Of a stretch of DNA of 64,000 bases, positions 23,839 through 36,909 are shown piece by piece (positions within the stretch are counted from its first letter, which is position 1; each line of letters starts with the position of its first letter). The stretch spans positions 64,418,001-64,482,000 of the forward strand of contig CM060732.1 of assembly GCA_030704615.1 (NCBI GenBank), in the 5' to 3' direction. The translations under genes were made by a program, and so were the position numbers. A model generated the notes under the pieces. That model did not search any database. It was not told the DNA's origin and worked only from the letters and a program-made list of their open reading frames with translations. Origin of the DNA: Takakia lepidozioides (Eukaryota; Plantae; Bryophyta).

Positions 23839-26039
23839 TGAGGAAGTCCAACAATTGTCTTGAGAAAATACCATTCTAATGGGTTTGTAATATGCCATTG
23901 TCTACACGAGTTCATTCTCTGTTGAATCTGTCCAAATGGCTAACTCTCAAGAGTAGAGCCTGTCACCAGATTACAGTCTTCCCAGACCTTTAGGTCGTCA
24001 GGCTGACCCAGACTTAAAAAAAAAATTGTCGCAAGCAGACTGAACACTTCCTTACCAGTCAGTCTGGTGCATTCCTCATATTCCAGCAACAATCTCCTGA
24101 CGTTCTCATCTTGATAACCTCATTTCCCCAAGTTTGACATTATTCATTCTATAGAACTTCGAAAGAAACAAACCCTTTCCTAATGCAGATCTCAGAAATA
24201 CCATAGCCATCGGGGACGGCGACAAAACAACAAGAATGACATTGTGAAAGAAAAATGATAGAGACAACCGTATGAATCGTAGAGAAAACCGTAGTAATAG
24301 ATTTGCCGGATAGCTGCACAGAAAGTGTTGTCTTGCATGTTGCTGGGAGGACGATACTGAACTGAATGAACTACAATCTGTCGCATTGATGTGTGAAGCC
24401 GATTGGGCGCCACGGGAATTGCAGAAAGCTAATGCCCCAAAGAAAAAAAACGGGCGAGCTAGGAACCTGAAAAACGGATGGAGAGAGCAAATTAGGGTTT
24501 CGGCCTCCATTTCAACCTCCATTCGGCCTTCTCCAGCCTTCCAGTAATGTAGTACATAGCCCCTAATTGACACAGTCCTCACGCGATGCATAGTCATTAA
24601 AACCTGTGAAGAGGTGCCAGCTCCTCAAGGGATCGTGACAAGAAGGGCAGGTACATGTCTGGCCTACTCCGGATAGGCAATACTAGCGCCTTTCACACGC
24701 TGTCCTCGTGCCGCGTCGCTATCCTCGTGAGTCATCCGCATCAGGATCACAAACAGAAGATGCCACAGACAGCATAAGCAGCTGTCATCCACACCGCGAC
24801 ATTGCACGGTACCGCTATGTTTGCAGAAATTGAGAGAGAGAGAGAGGGTGCGAGGTCAGCAGGTCGCTAGGGTTTCTTTTGAAAAATATGTTATGAAAAG
24901 AATAACTGAATAAGCCTGGACAGCTAGTTTGAAAATAAACGGCTAGATGTAGAGACTAGAGACCTCTTGACGTTCTCTTAACTACCTTTTCAAGGTGTCT
25001 GCTACCTCTTCACATCTTACTCTGCCTCAAACCTTTTCAAATCTATTCGTGAACCATTGCTGCATCCAAATACGTTAGGGATCACTGCAATGTGGAAGTG
25101 GGTTTGTCTTGTAACCTGCTGATCTGCATAGTGTATTGTGCTCATCTTCTCTTCAATTATCAGCTTGTCCCATGTGCGGCCTCCTCCCAGGATCGATTCG
25201 ATTGTCTGTCTTAGTGCTATTGCAGAGATGATGTCGACCAGGCTGGTTGCTTGTTTCCAGGAAAATCTGCTTTGTCGGTTTCCATGAGCTCTTTGGATTT
25301 TTGTGTGCAAGACATGGCCACCGGTTGTTGCATGGTTGTATGCCAGAGAGTGGTCGTTCTTTCCCTGTAAGTTGATCGAGCACCTCATGCGGATCTTCTA
25401 CAGCTTTCCCACAATGCTTTGACACGGGGTTTCTTCATGGTGGAGCTATCTCTCTGGGTTTCGAACCTGGCAGGCCGCCATTTAGATGAATTGCTTCTAC
25501 AGTCTGTTTGCTCATATAGAGACTCTTCTTGAAAGTGACACCAAGTCTGCTTCTCTTATAGAGCAAGCTTCGTCCATGGATTCTATCCTGAACTCTCTTG
25601 CGTTCCAAACATGACAACCAGATTGTTGAGTGTAGGACATGTACCACTGCATCTGTGGTGTGAAGGGGGGGAGATTGAAGCCGGTCACTTATTCAGGTTA
25701 ATTCTTGCTGCATGTCCAGGTCTGTCTCAAAGGCGGAGTTTAACTGCACACTGATCTTTGCTTCCATGTTAACGTCAGTAGAAAATGTCTCCTCGAGATA
25801 CGATCTCTATGTGCTGCGGTGCGTATCCTGATCTGCTCCTTGTAGCTCATAGATGCTCTGAAGGGCCCGCGACCTTCTCGCTCCGACAGATTTATATATG
25901 CGTTGTTTCCCATGTACATGTCAACTTTCATTGCGTAATATCTGGATCATTTTCTGATCGAATTGGCACCATCAGCATGAGCCTGAAATGCCAGCATCAG
26001 ATATATTGGCCACCACGACCACGATAGGTAGACCATCGG

Positions 26040-26901
26040 ATGAAAGAAGAAAATCTGCAAACCTTGCGAGAGATGGATACCAGTGATTTGGAAGGCGCCC
26101 TACACAGTTTCGTGTGGGACCTTGAGTGCGCGGCTAGTACCTATGACAGCAACATTGAGGCCAGGAGGCAGCTGGAAGCGGAGAAAGATCGCTTAAGGGA
26201 GAAGTTAGGTTGTTTTGTGTGCGATAAGAGCAGGATTCATGAGAATCTTATGAAAGCATATAAGGAGAATACAAGACTGCTGGAGGAGCACCGGAATCTG
26301 CTCGACAAACAATCGGCACTGCGACACACAATTGAGATTGAAAGGACGGAGATGACGGAACTGCGGGATAAAACGCAAACAAGCTACTGTTTTTACGAGA
26401 CCTGGGGCGAGTCAGAAGCCTGGCCAGTGCGAGAAGAAGGTTAGTTTGGTTTCTCTGCTTAAGTATCAGAGGCATGTCAACGAAATCTACATAGCAACCG
26501 AAGAACATACACAGTATCTTCACAAGCAGATCAAAATGCTGGAAGCGGATCTTCAGGAGAAGACGGTGACACTGAATGAGTTGCGAAGCAGATTGCAATG
26601 CTCGACACACAAGTGGAATGGGTGTTGCCTGCAAGGTATACAATCACCACCATCAGCCAGGAAGGTAGCTTCTAATTCAAGCAGGCAATCACCAATATCG
26701 CCCAGGAAGTTGATCTATGAAGACAGACAATCGCCAATATCTCCCAGGAGGTTGGGCTATGAGGAAGAAGATCAAGACATCAGAGGTCAAATGCCGAAAA
26801 GGTTTGGAAAGGAGCCAACCGAGTTGGTGGAGCGACCTGAAGAGAGTTGGATGAGGGCTCAGTTTCAAGCTCTAGAGCTAGGCGAAGCCAATGATAGGTA
26901 A
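26040..26901 (+). pseudogene. Coiled-coil protein of unknown function with one frameshift
   Basis: ORFs 26040-26444 and 26446-26901 are rich in E/L/K/R heptads and overlap through a single shift near 26375. The C-terminus has repeated QSPISPR. Confidence 0.45.
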
Positions 26902-27474
26902 GAGACTCCACAAGAACTCCTCTTAGCTAGTGAGCTATTGAGTCCTCATTGTGTCTGACAATGATGTCTCTCTCGAACTCCTCACACGCATTGCATTGGA
27001 TCAGTATGTGACGATTCCTCGCATTACATTACTAGCTAGCAATTCAGCACAGTATGAAAGACTTTACTCTTCCTATCGTTTCTCAGTCTCAGACTTGATC
27101 TGTGCCTCCTAGAATTCAAATACTGCATTTCTGATCTATCTTGGTTCTTCACGCATCTATCATTGATCTAGAGTTTGCTCACTCTCTCTCTCGCATACGA
27201 ACACCAAACCTCAGCATATACAATTGAACACTCTTGAAGATTTCTCTACTGCATAGCATCTTAGCGTGAGAGGGTGGGATTGAGAGTGTGGGATCTGAGC
27301 GACGAACAATAGTGCAGGAGAGATGGACAACCGTCGATGGGGTGCTGCGGCTGACGACCTCAACGAACGGAGCGCCAGGGGTGCGGCCACCGTGAACTGT
27401 GGACGGACGTCCATCACACGAGCTCTGGGCCAACGGACGGAAGAAGAAACGACGAGCGGAGTCTCCAGTCGGAC

Positions 27475-28438
27475 ATGCCACCGGACTTCGGCTTGAATCT
27501 CTGTAGAGGACGAGGAAGGCAGACAGAGTTTGACGAAGACGAGAAATGGCGGATGGAGTTAGACGAACAGAGGGCCTGTTTCGAGACCGGACTGAACCGA
27601 GCACGAACGGAGCTCGACGAAATGGATGGATTGACGCGGCGTGACGGACAACATCCGTACGGCTTCCAGAACGAGGAGTACTTCAGAATCGAATCTTCGT
27701 TGGACGAAGAACACACGAACGGACGAAGACTATGAACTGAGGAGCCCGTGCACTCTGACCCTGACTCTGCAACCAATCGACGAGGTAGGGACGAAAAATG
27801 AGGTGAGAAGCGACAGAGGGAGTAGTACAAGTTCGTCGCCCAGAAAGGGGCAGTTCAGTTGTTATGACCAGCAACAGCAACAGGATGGTGATGCGAGAAA
27901 CGACCCGTTCTCGTCCCAAACGACTAGCGCTCCGCAGAAGGATGGATCCACCGACTGTTTTTGTTTCCCCAACTTGTCGCCGGACAGATACATAGGGGGA
28001 GATGCTGGGCAAGACAAGTGTTGCAATGAAGATGAGCAAGCCGCCACTTTTGATATGATGTCCGAAAAATGTAGTGATGTGGAGCTGACCAATATTGCTC
28101 TGAATGGCATGGAATCTGCACTCAAAGAATGGGGGGGACCCAACAAAGAATTTGGAAGAGATGCCGTGAGGGAGGGTGATAGAGGTGTAGACTTGGCAAC
28201 GGACAGCTTGAAGGAAAGGCAATCGGATGCAGGCAATATTTGCAGTGATTGTTGTATGGCTGAGGAAGGCACAGACAGAGAGATGGAGCTGGGACGTGGG
28301 AAGCTGGGCAAATCCAAGTTCGGATCTGTGCCGGAGATAGAAGGGAGTTGCAGTGGTTTGCCTATGCTGAAATTGCCAAAGAAGGTGACTGTGACAGACG
28401 GTGTGAGGCCTGAAGATCTGGTGCTGGGCGGATGCTGA
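27475..28438 (+). other. Low-complexity acidic ORF fragments, probably a decayed gene
   Basis: Purine-rich 86-aa and 265-aa ORFs in different frames. No domain recognised. Confidence 0.25.
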
Positions 28439-29508
28439 TGAGGATCGGTGGACAAGGAAGAGTCGACGCCCTTCAGACTCCAGCGTTACCTGCTGGAATC
28501 GACCATGGGATTGGGATCCCAGGCGTTACATTAATTTCACGTCTTCCAGTTTTGTTCCCAGCTGCTTAAGGCCAAACTCTGTTTGATCAGTATGGTGTCA
28601 CAAGGCATACAGATCGGGCGACCCCCTATCGGCGGCTCAATCCATCTGAAGATCACAAAGCTTACAACTAGCCAGCAGAAGACTTTATGTAACCTGAAAA
28701 CAAGAGGAGAGAAAGACATCCCACCTTTTGATATTTCCAACTTCTACCTTACGATGTTCTCTATGAATAGTACAAACATCTGGAAGGGCCTGGTTTGATG
28801 ATCAATTTCACAGCTGCATTCACCTGTCCGACATGCCGAGAGGGGCAGTTTTGGTAGGCGTTGCTTTTACATGTTGTTGCTTGTACATAGTCTTGAGACA
28901 GGACTACGAGTTGTTTGCACATAAGTCATGGCTGATATCCCCCAGATTTTGTCCCCAATTCAAAAGATCACAGGAGGGTCACAGTTGTGCAAGCATGCTA
29001 AGTAAGACTGTCTCCTTCTGTAGAGAATTGTCTTCGGATACCATTAAGAGTTTCCCCCTCCCCGGTCACTTGCCCGATCATGAGATGCAGGCGGCCGGGA
29101 TTGGAGGCAAAGTTTGCTGTTGTGTGTGTATAGGTGGCTCTCTTGCATTCTTCCCATGGACGTTAGAAAGTACTAAGACGACTGTTCCTTGCCTAATCCA
29201 TTTCAAGGAAGGGCCCATAAAGGAGAGAAAAGAAGAGAACACCCAAAAAGGACGGATTACAATCTTACAGCATGAGGATAATATTTTGAAACAGTACGAC
29301 TCTTTAGGATGCCAGGTAAGGCTAAACTTTCATTTGTTGGCCAAGACAAAAGGCCTTGTCGGTAGGTTTTGGCTTAACTTCAATACAATTTTAGCTAGAA
29401 GCCACAAAGATGGCTAAATTTCAATACGGTTTTAGCTGAAAAGCAGAAATTTTTGAAGCTGATATCTTGAGTTTATTGGTCTAGACTTTTGCACCTAAAC
29501 TAAGACTG

Positions 29509-30330
29509 CTAACGAAACCTCTGCCATTCCTTGGTCCCAGTTTGTAAGTCAGATGTCCATGTGCGTTGCTTCATGTCATACATCAAAACTTCTGAATTGG
29601 GTATGGGAAACCAAATGAATATGAGATTGTCATGGCTCGCCTTTTGAAAATGCCAGTTTATGGGGGCCCTTGTTGCGAACTCTTTTCTTGTAATCTCCAC
29701 CCCACTCTGCAGGCTTTGGAGAAACTTTGAACTCCCATATTACTACTAGTTGGAGTAGATCTCCAACACGAGTAACCCCAACTAGAAACAGGCGCCCCTC
29801 ACGCTCTACAAGCCTTCGATCATAAAGAAAACTTACAGCAAAGGTAGGCATCTGTATATCAACTTTAGTCCCCGTACCGGCACCAATGTCATAAGCCATC
29901 AAAGTGTAGTCGTCATCCTTTGGTACATACATCAGAGCAAAGAGAGTAGGGCCACATATCACACTTTTTTCACTCCACCACCCCCTTCACATGCCGGCAT
30001 CTTTCCAGTCTCGGTCCAACACTCGCAAACTGAGTCATACATGTGTGTTCTCCAAGGTAACAAAGTGACGTGCTCGATTGACATCACAATGATCTTGTAG
30101 GTCTTGCTGCGTCTATCCACAATCAGCTGCACCCTGTCCACATCCACATACCGAAAACGTGTTGAGCGAGGCAGGGCAGGCAATTGTCTGGAACTGTTCA
30201 AGAGAGGATTGAACACAATCCATGATAAGTCAGCATCGCCCTCGTCCGCTGTGCAAAGAAATAAGCCTCCATCTGCAGCTTCAACTATGTATGCTAAATT
30301 ATCCTTAGGGAGTTTGAGGCCGATTTTGAG
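29509..30330 (-). pseudogene. F-box-associated/kelch-like beta-propeller relic lacking the F-box
   Basis: AADGGLFLC, VFNPLLNSSRQLPALP, YKIIV, MYDS..W, LMAYD, LVEREGRLFLVG and IWE, spread across frameshifts. Confidence 0.75.
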
Positions 30331-30454
30331 TTGTGGGGGTATACAACATGCAAACATGTGGGCATGTACCAAAACACAAGAGATAGGAGTCTTCGTGAAG
30401 AGGGAGTTGCTGACAGAGTTGTTGGAAACTAGCCTCCCTATGACAACCATCCTG

Positions 30455-30610
30455 GGTTAATCCTGATCATTGCGCTCCATGACACCACATCTTGTTCGGC
30501 CATATTGTCAAACACTCCCTTTGCATCCTTGATGCTCCCACATTCGCAATACATGTTGACGAGGGTATTGTTCAGAATGACATCTGGTACAATTCCAGCT
30601 TTGACATGTA
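30455..30610 (-). pseudogene. PLS-class PPR fragment
   Basis: GIVPDVILNNTLVNMYCECGSIKDAKGVFDNMAEQDVVSWSAMI. Confidence 0.85.
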
Positions 30611-30853
30611 TAGAGAATCTGTTGGAAGTTTGGGATCTTTGTAAAACAAAGAAGAATTCTCCGTTCATCATGGGGACCCAAAGGTTAAAAGATGATTCCA
30701 CACAGTATCTTAGGCTCAAAGAAGTTTCCTCCAATATTATGGCTTTCAATCTCCACCAAATGGGTGATGAGTTCCAGGAAACTAACAATCACACTTGCCT
30801 ATCACCCCAGCCAAAAAAAAGCAGAAGGACCTAAGTGTGTACATACGGACTAA

Positions 30854-33800
30854 TTAACAGCAGATTCTTACATGAGCCTCTTGGGGCACGCCGACCAGGA
30901 TATGGCCCACGCCGACCGCACCTGCCTTTTGATTTGAAAGAGAGACAAGCCAGGTAAAGTAGCCTTTTTCCCTTGAGGCTTGGTTGCGATCAAGCTCCAC
31001 AACCACTTTGCAAAGGGAGTGCAACCGACTAGCCATACTTTCATGATCATAACTACTCCAGTCAGCTGTGCGTGCCAGTTGTATAAAATCACTGGGAGAG
31101 ATAACCGACCGCAACCATTTCGATCGAGGGTAAGTCAACTCCAACCCATTCAATACAACCTGGCTACTAGGTTTGCTAGGGGCAGTGTTTTTTGAAGATT
31201 GAGGTCTGTCCATTGCCTTGCTCTCAAGTGCACCTGTGGCCAATATCTCCTCGCCTTTCCTAGGACCAAATTCCTGTTCTTTGCTAAGTATAAACTCTTC
31301 ACCAGTTGAAGTAGCACTTCCTAAAGCACTATTCTCTCCATGCTGTCTTCTTGCAAAGTGAAATGCCCGTACTGTATTGCTAGAATCACTGGCAGCCGTG
31401 CCGCTAAATCTACAAGTGCCAAATTCATCTTTAGTTTGTAGGTTGCCTGTCTTCCGATCCTCACTTGTTGGATCTGTACTGCTCTCCCCACTACAGGTGG
31501 GGTTTATGCCTGAGACTACAGGATGTCGAGTAGAGGTAGAGCCACCTGCCACTGGTTCGGCAAAACCAGTCTCTTCACTAGTGGCTGATTCTGCACCAGA
31601 GATTCGTGCTAGACCACCCTCAGACACCAGATCACCATTGTCTCTGGCAATCGCCGCAATCTCGAGAGAATGAGAAGCATTGCTCTCTAAGGGTCTTTGA
31701 TAAGAAGATGAAACTGGGACAGCAAACTGAAGCTTGCCCACACAGCAGGGAGAGACTACATAGGCTGCCCGGCACTCTAATGCTCGCAACATTGCATAAT
31801 CTGTTGCATTTCCACAGGCATGGAGTGCCACACAAGCGTCAAACGGCTGCAGAAATTCTTCAATGCGACCTTGCCATGTCTGTAAATTAGAAAGCCCTGA
31901 TGCTTGAGCACGCTGCTCCAGCAATCGGATACTTTCGTGTTTGTAATCCACACAGATGAAGGTAAAATGTCGGAAAAGTGCTGCCAACGGGAGGGAGAGA
32001 GCACCTGAGCCACAACCAAAGTCTGCAATCACTGAACCTGTAGCAAACATGTTGAAACTGGACATTAGGGAGATGCTCTATTCAATGTTCAAAGAAACAG
32101 GACTGCTCATAGAGACTAAGAATATGAATGCAACCAAATATGACTGCAGAGAGAAAATACTGGGCTTGAATCTTCAACTGCTGAGAAACACCTCAGAGCT
32201 TCTGCCATTGTTGCAAAAGGTTCTGTGTCAAAAATGTAGTAGCTCAGATGACAGGATTAGGCACGCTCAAGTCCTCCAGCAGGCTCCCAAGTCTACTCAT
32301 TAAACAGTCCTCCTTCTGAACTAAAGCATCGATGCAATGTAATCTACAAAGCCTGCCCATTGGCATGGAGAAAATCCATGAACTGTCAAAGAAGTCTGTA
32401 ACTTATCAGTGTAGCCTGCAATAACCCCTGCACCAAGTCCCCTCACTGTGGTATTATGCTGAATGGTTTGGACCACTATTGCACTTACAGATAGATACTC
32501 GGATTTCCCTACATCATCTCTAAGGTAGCTTCTGACCTGCTGGAAGGTTGAGTGACGTCAGGGCTGCTGTAATGCTCCCCACTTGCCATCGCTTTCGTTC
32601 TCCGCGCACAAAACCGCCCTCGCACTCTTCTCCTTCCTCCTCATAGTGCCCATCTTTTGCTTCCTCCCAGGCCATACATTGCTCTCCCTGATCTCCCTTC
32701 ATATTCCGCTGTTGCAGCCTTGTGACTGTAGATTTACGGTCCCCAAACTCCTGGTTAGAATGTGCTATTTTATACCCTGCCCCCCTCTTGGGATCTGTAC
32801 TGGCAGGCATAATGTCCCAATTGATGCACAGACACCGATCTTCCACCATGTTAAATACTGCCAAGAACGGCCACAATATATCACCTGGCAGCTCATTGGC
32901 TTCAGTGTGTGCCTGCCGCCCACCAAATGGAGATGCATCAAGATTCTCAGGGACTCCCCAAGTGCAGGATGGTACATCACAGTTGATCCGGGTTTTTTGA
33001 CGAGGGGTTTGAGCTACAGCATCTAACGGGCCATGGTCACCATTTTCAAAGCAAGAGGTGCCTTCACTTGAAGATTTGCGGCCACTCATAGGAGCTTCAT
33101 AAAATTCTGCAGCTTTGCTGGAGGATATTTCATTATCGACCGCAGAAACCTGGCCATTCAGGGGGCTCTCGGTATCACTCGTGCTCAATTGAGAACCATT
33201 CACGAATAATTTCAAACATTCAAGGGAACCACTGGCAAGGAATGCGGGACTACTCTCGTGCGCTCCTCGTATATCAGAAGCCAGCAAGCCCTCCAAAAGA
33301 TCGGGGGACCAATTGCATTCTCCCACTCCCTCAAGCATAATCATGCTACCCACATCAGATGACCTACAAGGGATGTTAGGGCCATGGACGGTTTTGGAGC
33401 CACTGGACGGTGAAGTGCCCCGAGATTTGGTTCCTTTGCAAAGAAATTTCGACTGATTGCTGTTCAATGTGGAGCTTTCAGGAGAGGATTCACAGGGCTG
33501 AAATGCGCGATTCTCGCCGTGTGCAGAAGATTTGTGGACGCCCACTGAACATTGGGAATCGAAAAGTGAGTGTGGAAGACTATCTTGTAAATATTGTCGG
33601 CATGAAAGGGAAGCATTGTAATAATCACACTCAAATACCGGAATTGAGCGCAAAAGCGATACAATTTTCGAATGACGCAGCTCGTCCCTGGAGGGTCCAC
33701 ACTGCTCTCTAAACCTTTTCTGGCGACTGGCCCTCCTGAAATCCAGCTCCTGCGTCTTCGCTCCTTTGGATGCCCCTGCGTGGGACTTTACTTGGAAACC

Positions 33801-33908
33801 CAACTGCCCATTCTTTGATCTTCTCCGCTGCCTGTCAGTGAGAACAGATTCTTCCACGAGGTGGGAGAGATGCCAACAATATGCGAGGTAACTGCTTGAG
33901 TGTACCAT
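30854..33908 (-). CDS. Class I SAM-dependent methyltransferase (Methyltransf_32/GSTCD-like), ~851 aa, 2 exons
   Basis: Exons 33908-32537 and 32037-30854 join in frame through a phase-1 GT-AG intron. Motifs: ERKRWQV, DFGCGSG, ALHACG, SPCCVGK, YPRS and ELDR. The start codon is uncertain. Confidence 0.8.
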
Positions 33909-36900
33909 GACATCTCAGCTGTGTATTGTCATTTACACACTATCCCCAACCTATCCTGCTTCCAGTGTTGGTCAGATCCCAGCTCTGCCAGCCTCTGCAC
34001 CGACACCCCTAGTCTCCTCTTCTACTCTGTTTCTCTCCATCATCTCAGATACAACGTCCCGAGCAACCCACCCAAAACCTCCTCAGAACTTACAGATGAA
34101 AGCTTCGCCCCCCAGCGACAACAGACAAGCTGTGTGGGGCAGAGTCCATAAGGTTGCTTCTGTTTTTTTGTTTTTGTTTTTGAGAAAAGGGACGGAGGCC
34201 CTTTTACTCAAATTAATTAAAAAGAAATATGACAACAGGTGGAAAAAATAACCACCTAGGAAGGCCGTGAAGGCTAACTGAGGGGGAACTTCCCCGGAGC
34301 CAAAGCTAACTTGCCACATGAGGTGCTAGACAGGGAAGAAGATTGTTGGTAGCTAGAAGGTAAGAGCGAGCATGTTGGATTATGGTTCCAAAAGCGGGCA
34401 ACGAGAGCGGGGTGGTGGAATCAGGGGCAGTAGAAGAAGAAAGCCCAAACGAGAAAGACGAGTTGATGGCCGAGGCTGTTGCAGGCTGCCTGCATTCTAC
34501 CTGCTTGACAGAGGCAGATTAAGTGTGCCCCAAATCAGCAATGGAGGTCAAAGCAATGTCACTGAAGCACTTATGTGCTTCCAATAGGAGCCACTGTTTA
34601 AGCTAGCAGGGAACATCCTATGAAGCACACGTAAAAGAAAGAGCTAAAATCGAAGCTGAGTTCGGGACTTTGTAACGCGTGCCTTCTTATGTCTCCAATT
34701 AAAGTCACCGTCATCCCCATCATCAGGAGACCTCCCAGTCCGCGCGGGGATAGTGCCATGCCAACAGAAACGCAAAGAGGGAAGGGTGGTGCCGAGTGTG
34801 CCATTTTCCCCCCTGGACTGGAGAAAATCATTGAGCAGCTTGGTCCCGCGTTGTTGTGAAGATCTGGAAATAGCTGCAGTTAAGATGCCCCAGGCTTTCC
34901 TCCCCTCAGTGAGCAAGTCATGGTAGATTCCAAACAGAATTGACCTGCCCCTGGGTCTTCCCTCATAAACAAAAGAACACCTAGCCTTCTTGCGCTACTT
35001 GCTGTTAATTCTCAAGGTGCACAAACATACACAACACAAAAAAAACGGCAAGGCCCACTATGTGACCCCAGCCCCATGGAAGATTCCAATATCCCGGGAT
35101 AGATTCCTATAATATTCTATGACCCAAGGTTTGGCGGCAAGGTGTGTGAAGAATATTTGTAGCCTAGGATAGATTCCTAAAGGATTCGATAGCTTAACCT
35201 GATTGTATATACGGTCTGTATATTAATAATATGTAGCGTATTTCCAGGTACCAACTGGTGTTGGCCCGGCGTCACTGAGAACATGGGCAAATTAATATAA
35301 TAAAGGGTTTTATCTGCAATATAATGTATCCATCCTTCTGAAGTTTCTCATATTTCATCCAACTATAATCCATCAGGATAAAATCTTCTCAATTCATTCA
35401 TCAGGCTTATTTGATGAATAAGTCTGCTCTACCCAAATCTGGGGGTCCTACGATTATGGTGTTTTTGAATTGGTTCTCTAAAGGTAGAGGTCACCTGAAG
35501 TTCAAATATGATTCTAGCGATACACAGTGGATTGATGTTGAGACCATAATCTTAATAGTGACTATGACATTTGAACTATCTCAGATACTTGTACTCTTTA
35601 GATTCAAGTGATGTTGCGGCTTTGAATGAGTTCGTTACTTTTCTTTGGGTCCGGCATTTGATAAGTATGGAATGTTGTTTATATACACGCTTTAAAATTT
35701 TGTAATTATTTGAAAAGATAATTTAAAACAGGGTCTAATTAATTGTTGTAAAAACAATTATAAAAAAAAGGTATTAGGAAACAAAGGGTTTTACAATATT
35801 ACGTAAAGATATGCTACAGCGACATGACTCTCATGATGTCGATATCCCATCACATCGATTCGACACAGTACTTAATGGGATTTCAAACGCCTCACTGGGA
35901 CATGCACTTTGAATTTATAGTTTGCTGTAAGATTTTCGTTGCACAAACCGTTCTCATATACGTTGTCTCCAACTTTCTGCAATTTTGTCAACCATTGCTG
36001 TAAAGGTAAGTGGTCTTGTCTCGTACAATGTTTTGATCCCTGAATCCCCCCTCAATGCTCAAATGGATCCCGACCTGTGTCCGGTGTGCAAATTCATTTG
36101 TTGAATTGTTCATTGGCATGAATGGGCTGAAAGCAGTTCCTCGGATTCTTCTGCCAATGTGAATCTCGAAATCTGGACATTCGTCATGAAGTCGTCCCGT
36201 GCTACGTTCTTTGTAGCAATGACATGTACCACAGTTCTTAGCATCCGCATGTAACTGCTTGCCATGGCTCAGAATCTCGGAGATTGAAATGAGGAGGAAA
36301 ATTTTGGAAAAGGACAAACTTAGATGTTTGCAGCGGGGTTTGCAGGGAGCTTTGGTGAGAGCATCAGGATGAGTCGACCAACAGAGAGCTAATAACTCCT
36401 AATATAGAATCGTCTACCGTTTGGTGATCTTGTCGTAGATTTCTGGAGGCTTGAGTGTCTATCTTCAGCGTAAGCTCGCATGCTGTCAGGATTCACGAAC
36501 AACCGAAATGGACAAATCAATCCACCTTCTTTTTGTGAGCTAGGAACAAAAGATTGACATGCTTTCTACTTGTTTCTCTTTCTAATACCAGATGTGCGAA
36601 GCTACGGCAAGCAGTAATGCAACACAAAGAATGGAATCTGTGACTCCAGAATTACAAACGCAAGCCATGAAAGTAGTATACTCCAATCTGCCATAGCCAC
36701 AGATGGAAGTATAGCTCAGAGATAACAGATCAAAAGTTTGTTCTTGCTGTGTACTCTAATGATCTCATACTAGCAAGTACGATTTGCATTTAAGCTCTTA
36801 GAGCTGGTGTATTAGTGAAGCTTTTGAGTAGATTGTTTTTTCGCGGGGATAGCTGCCAACTGAATCCAGGTCGAAGAAGCGCACTAGAAGCAATGTTCTC

Positions 36901-36909
36901 TGTTTTCAG

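Noticed and set aside
24106-26027. Short ORFs on both strands between the B3 gene and the coiled-coil ORF
   Set aside because: No motifs or consistent frame; probably intergenic or UTR sequence.
30854-33908. Second DNA methyltransferase functionally linked to the retrotransposon DNMT
   Set aside because: It lacks PCQ and ENV motifs. It is an ordinary LHACG/PCC-type class I methyltransferase host gene.
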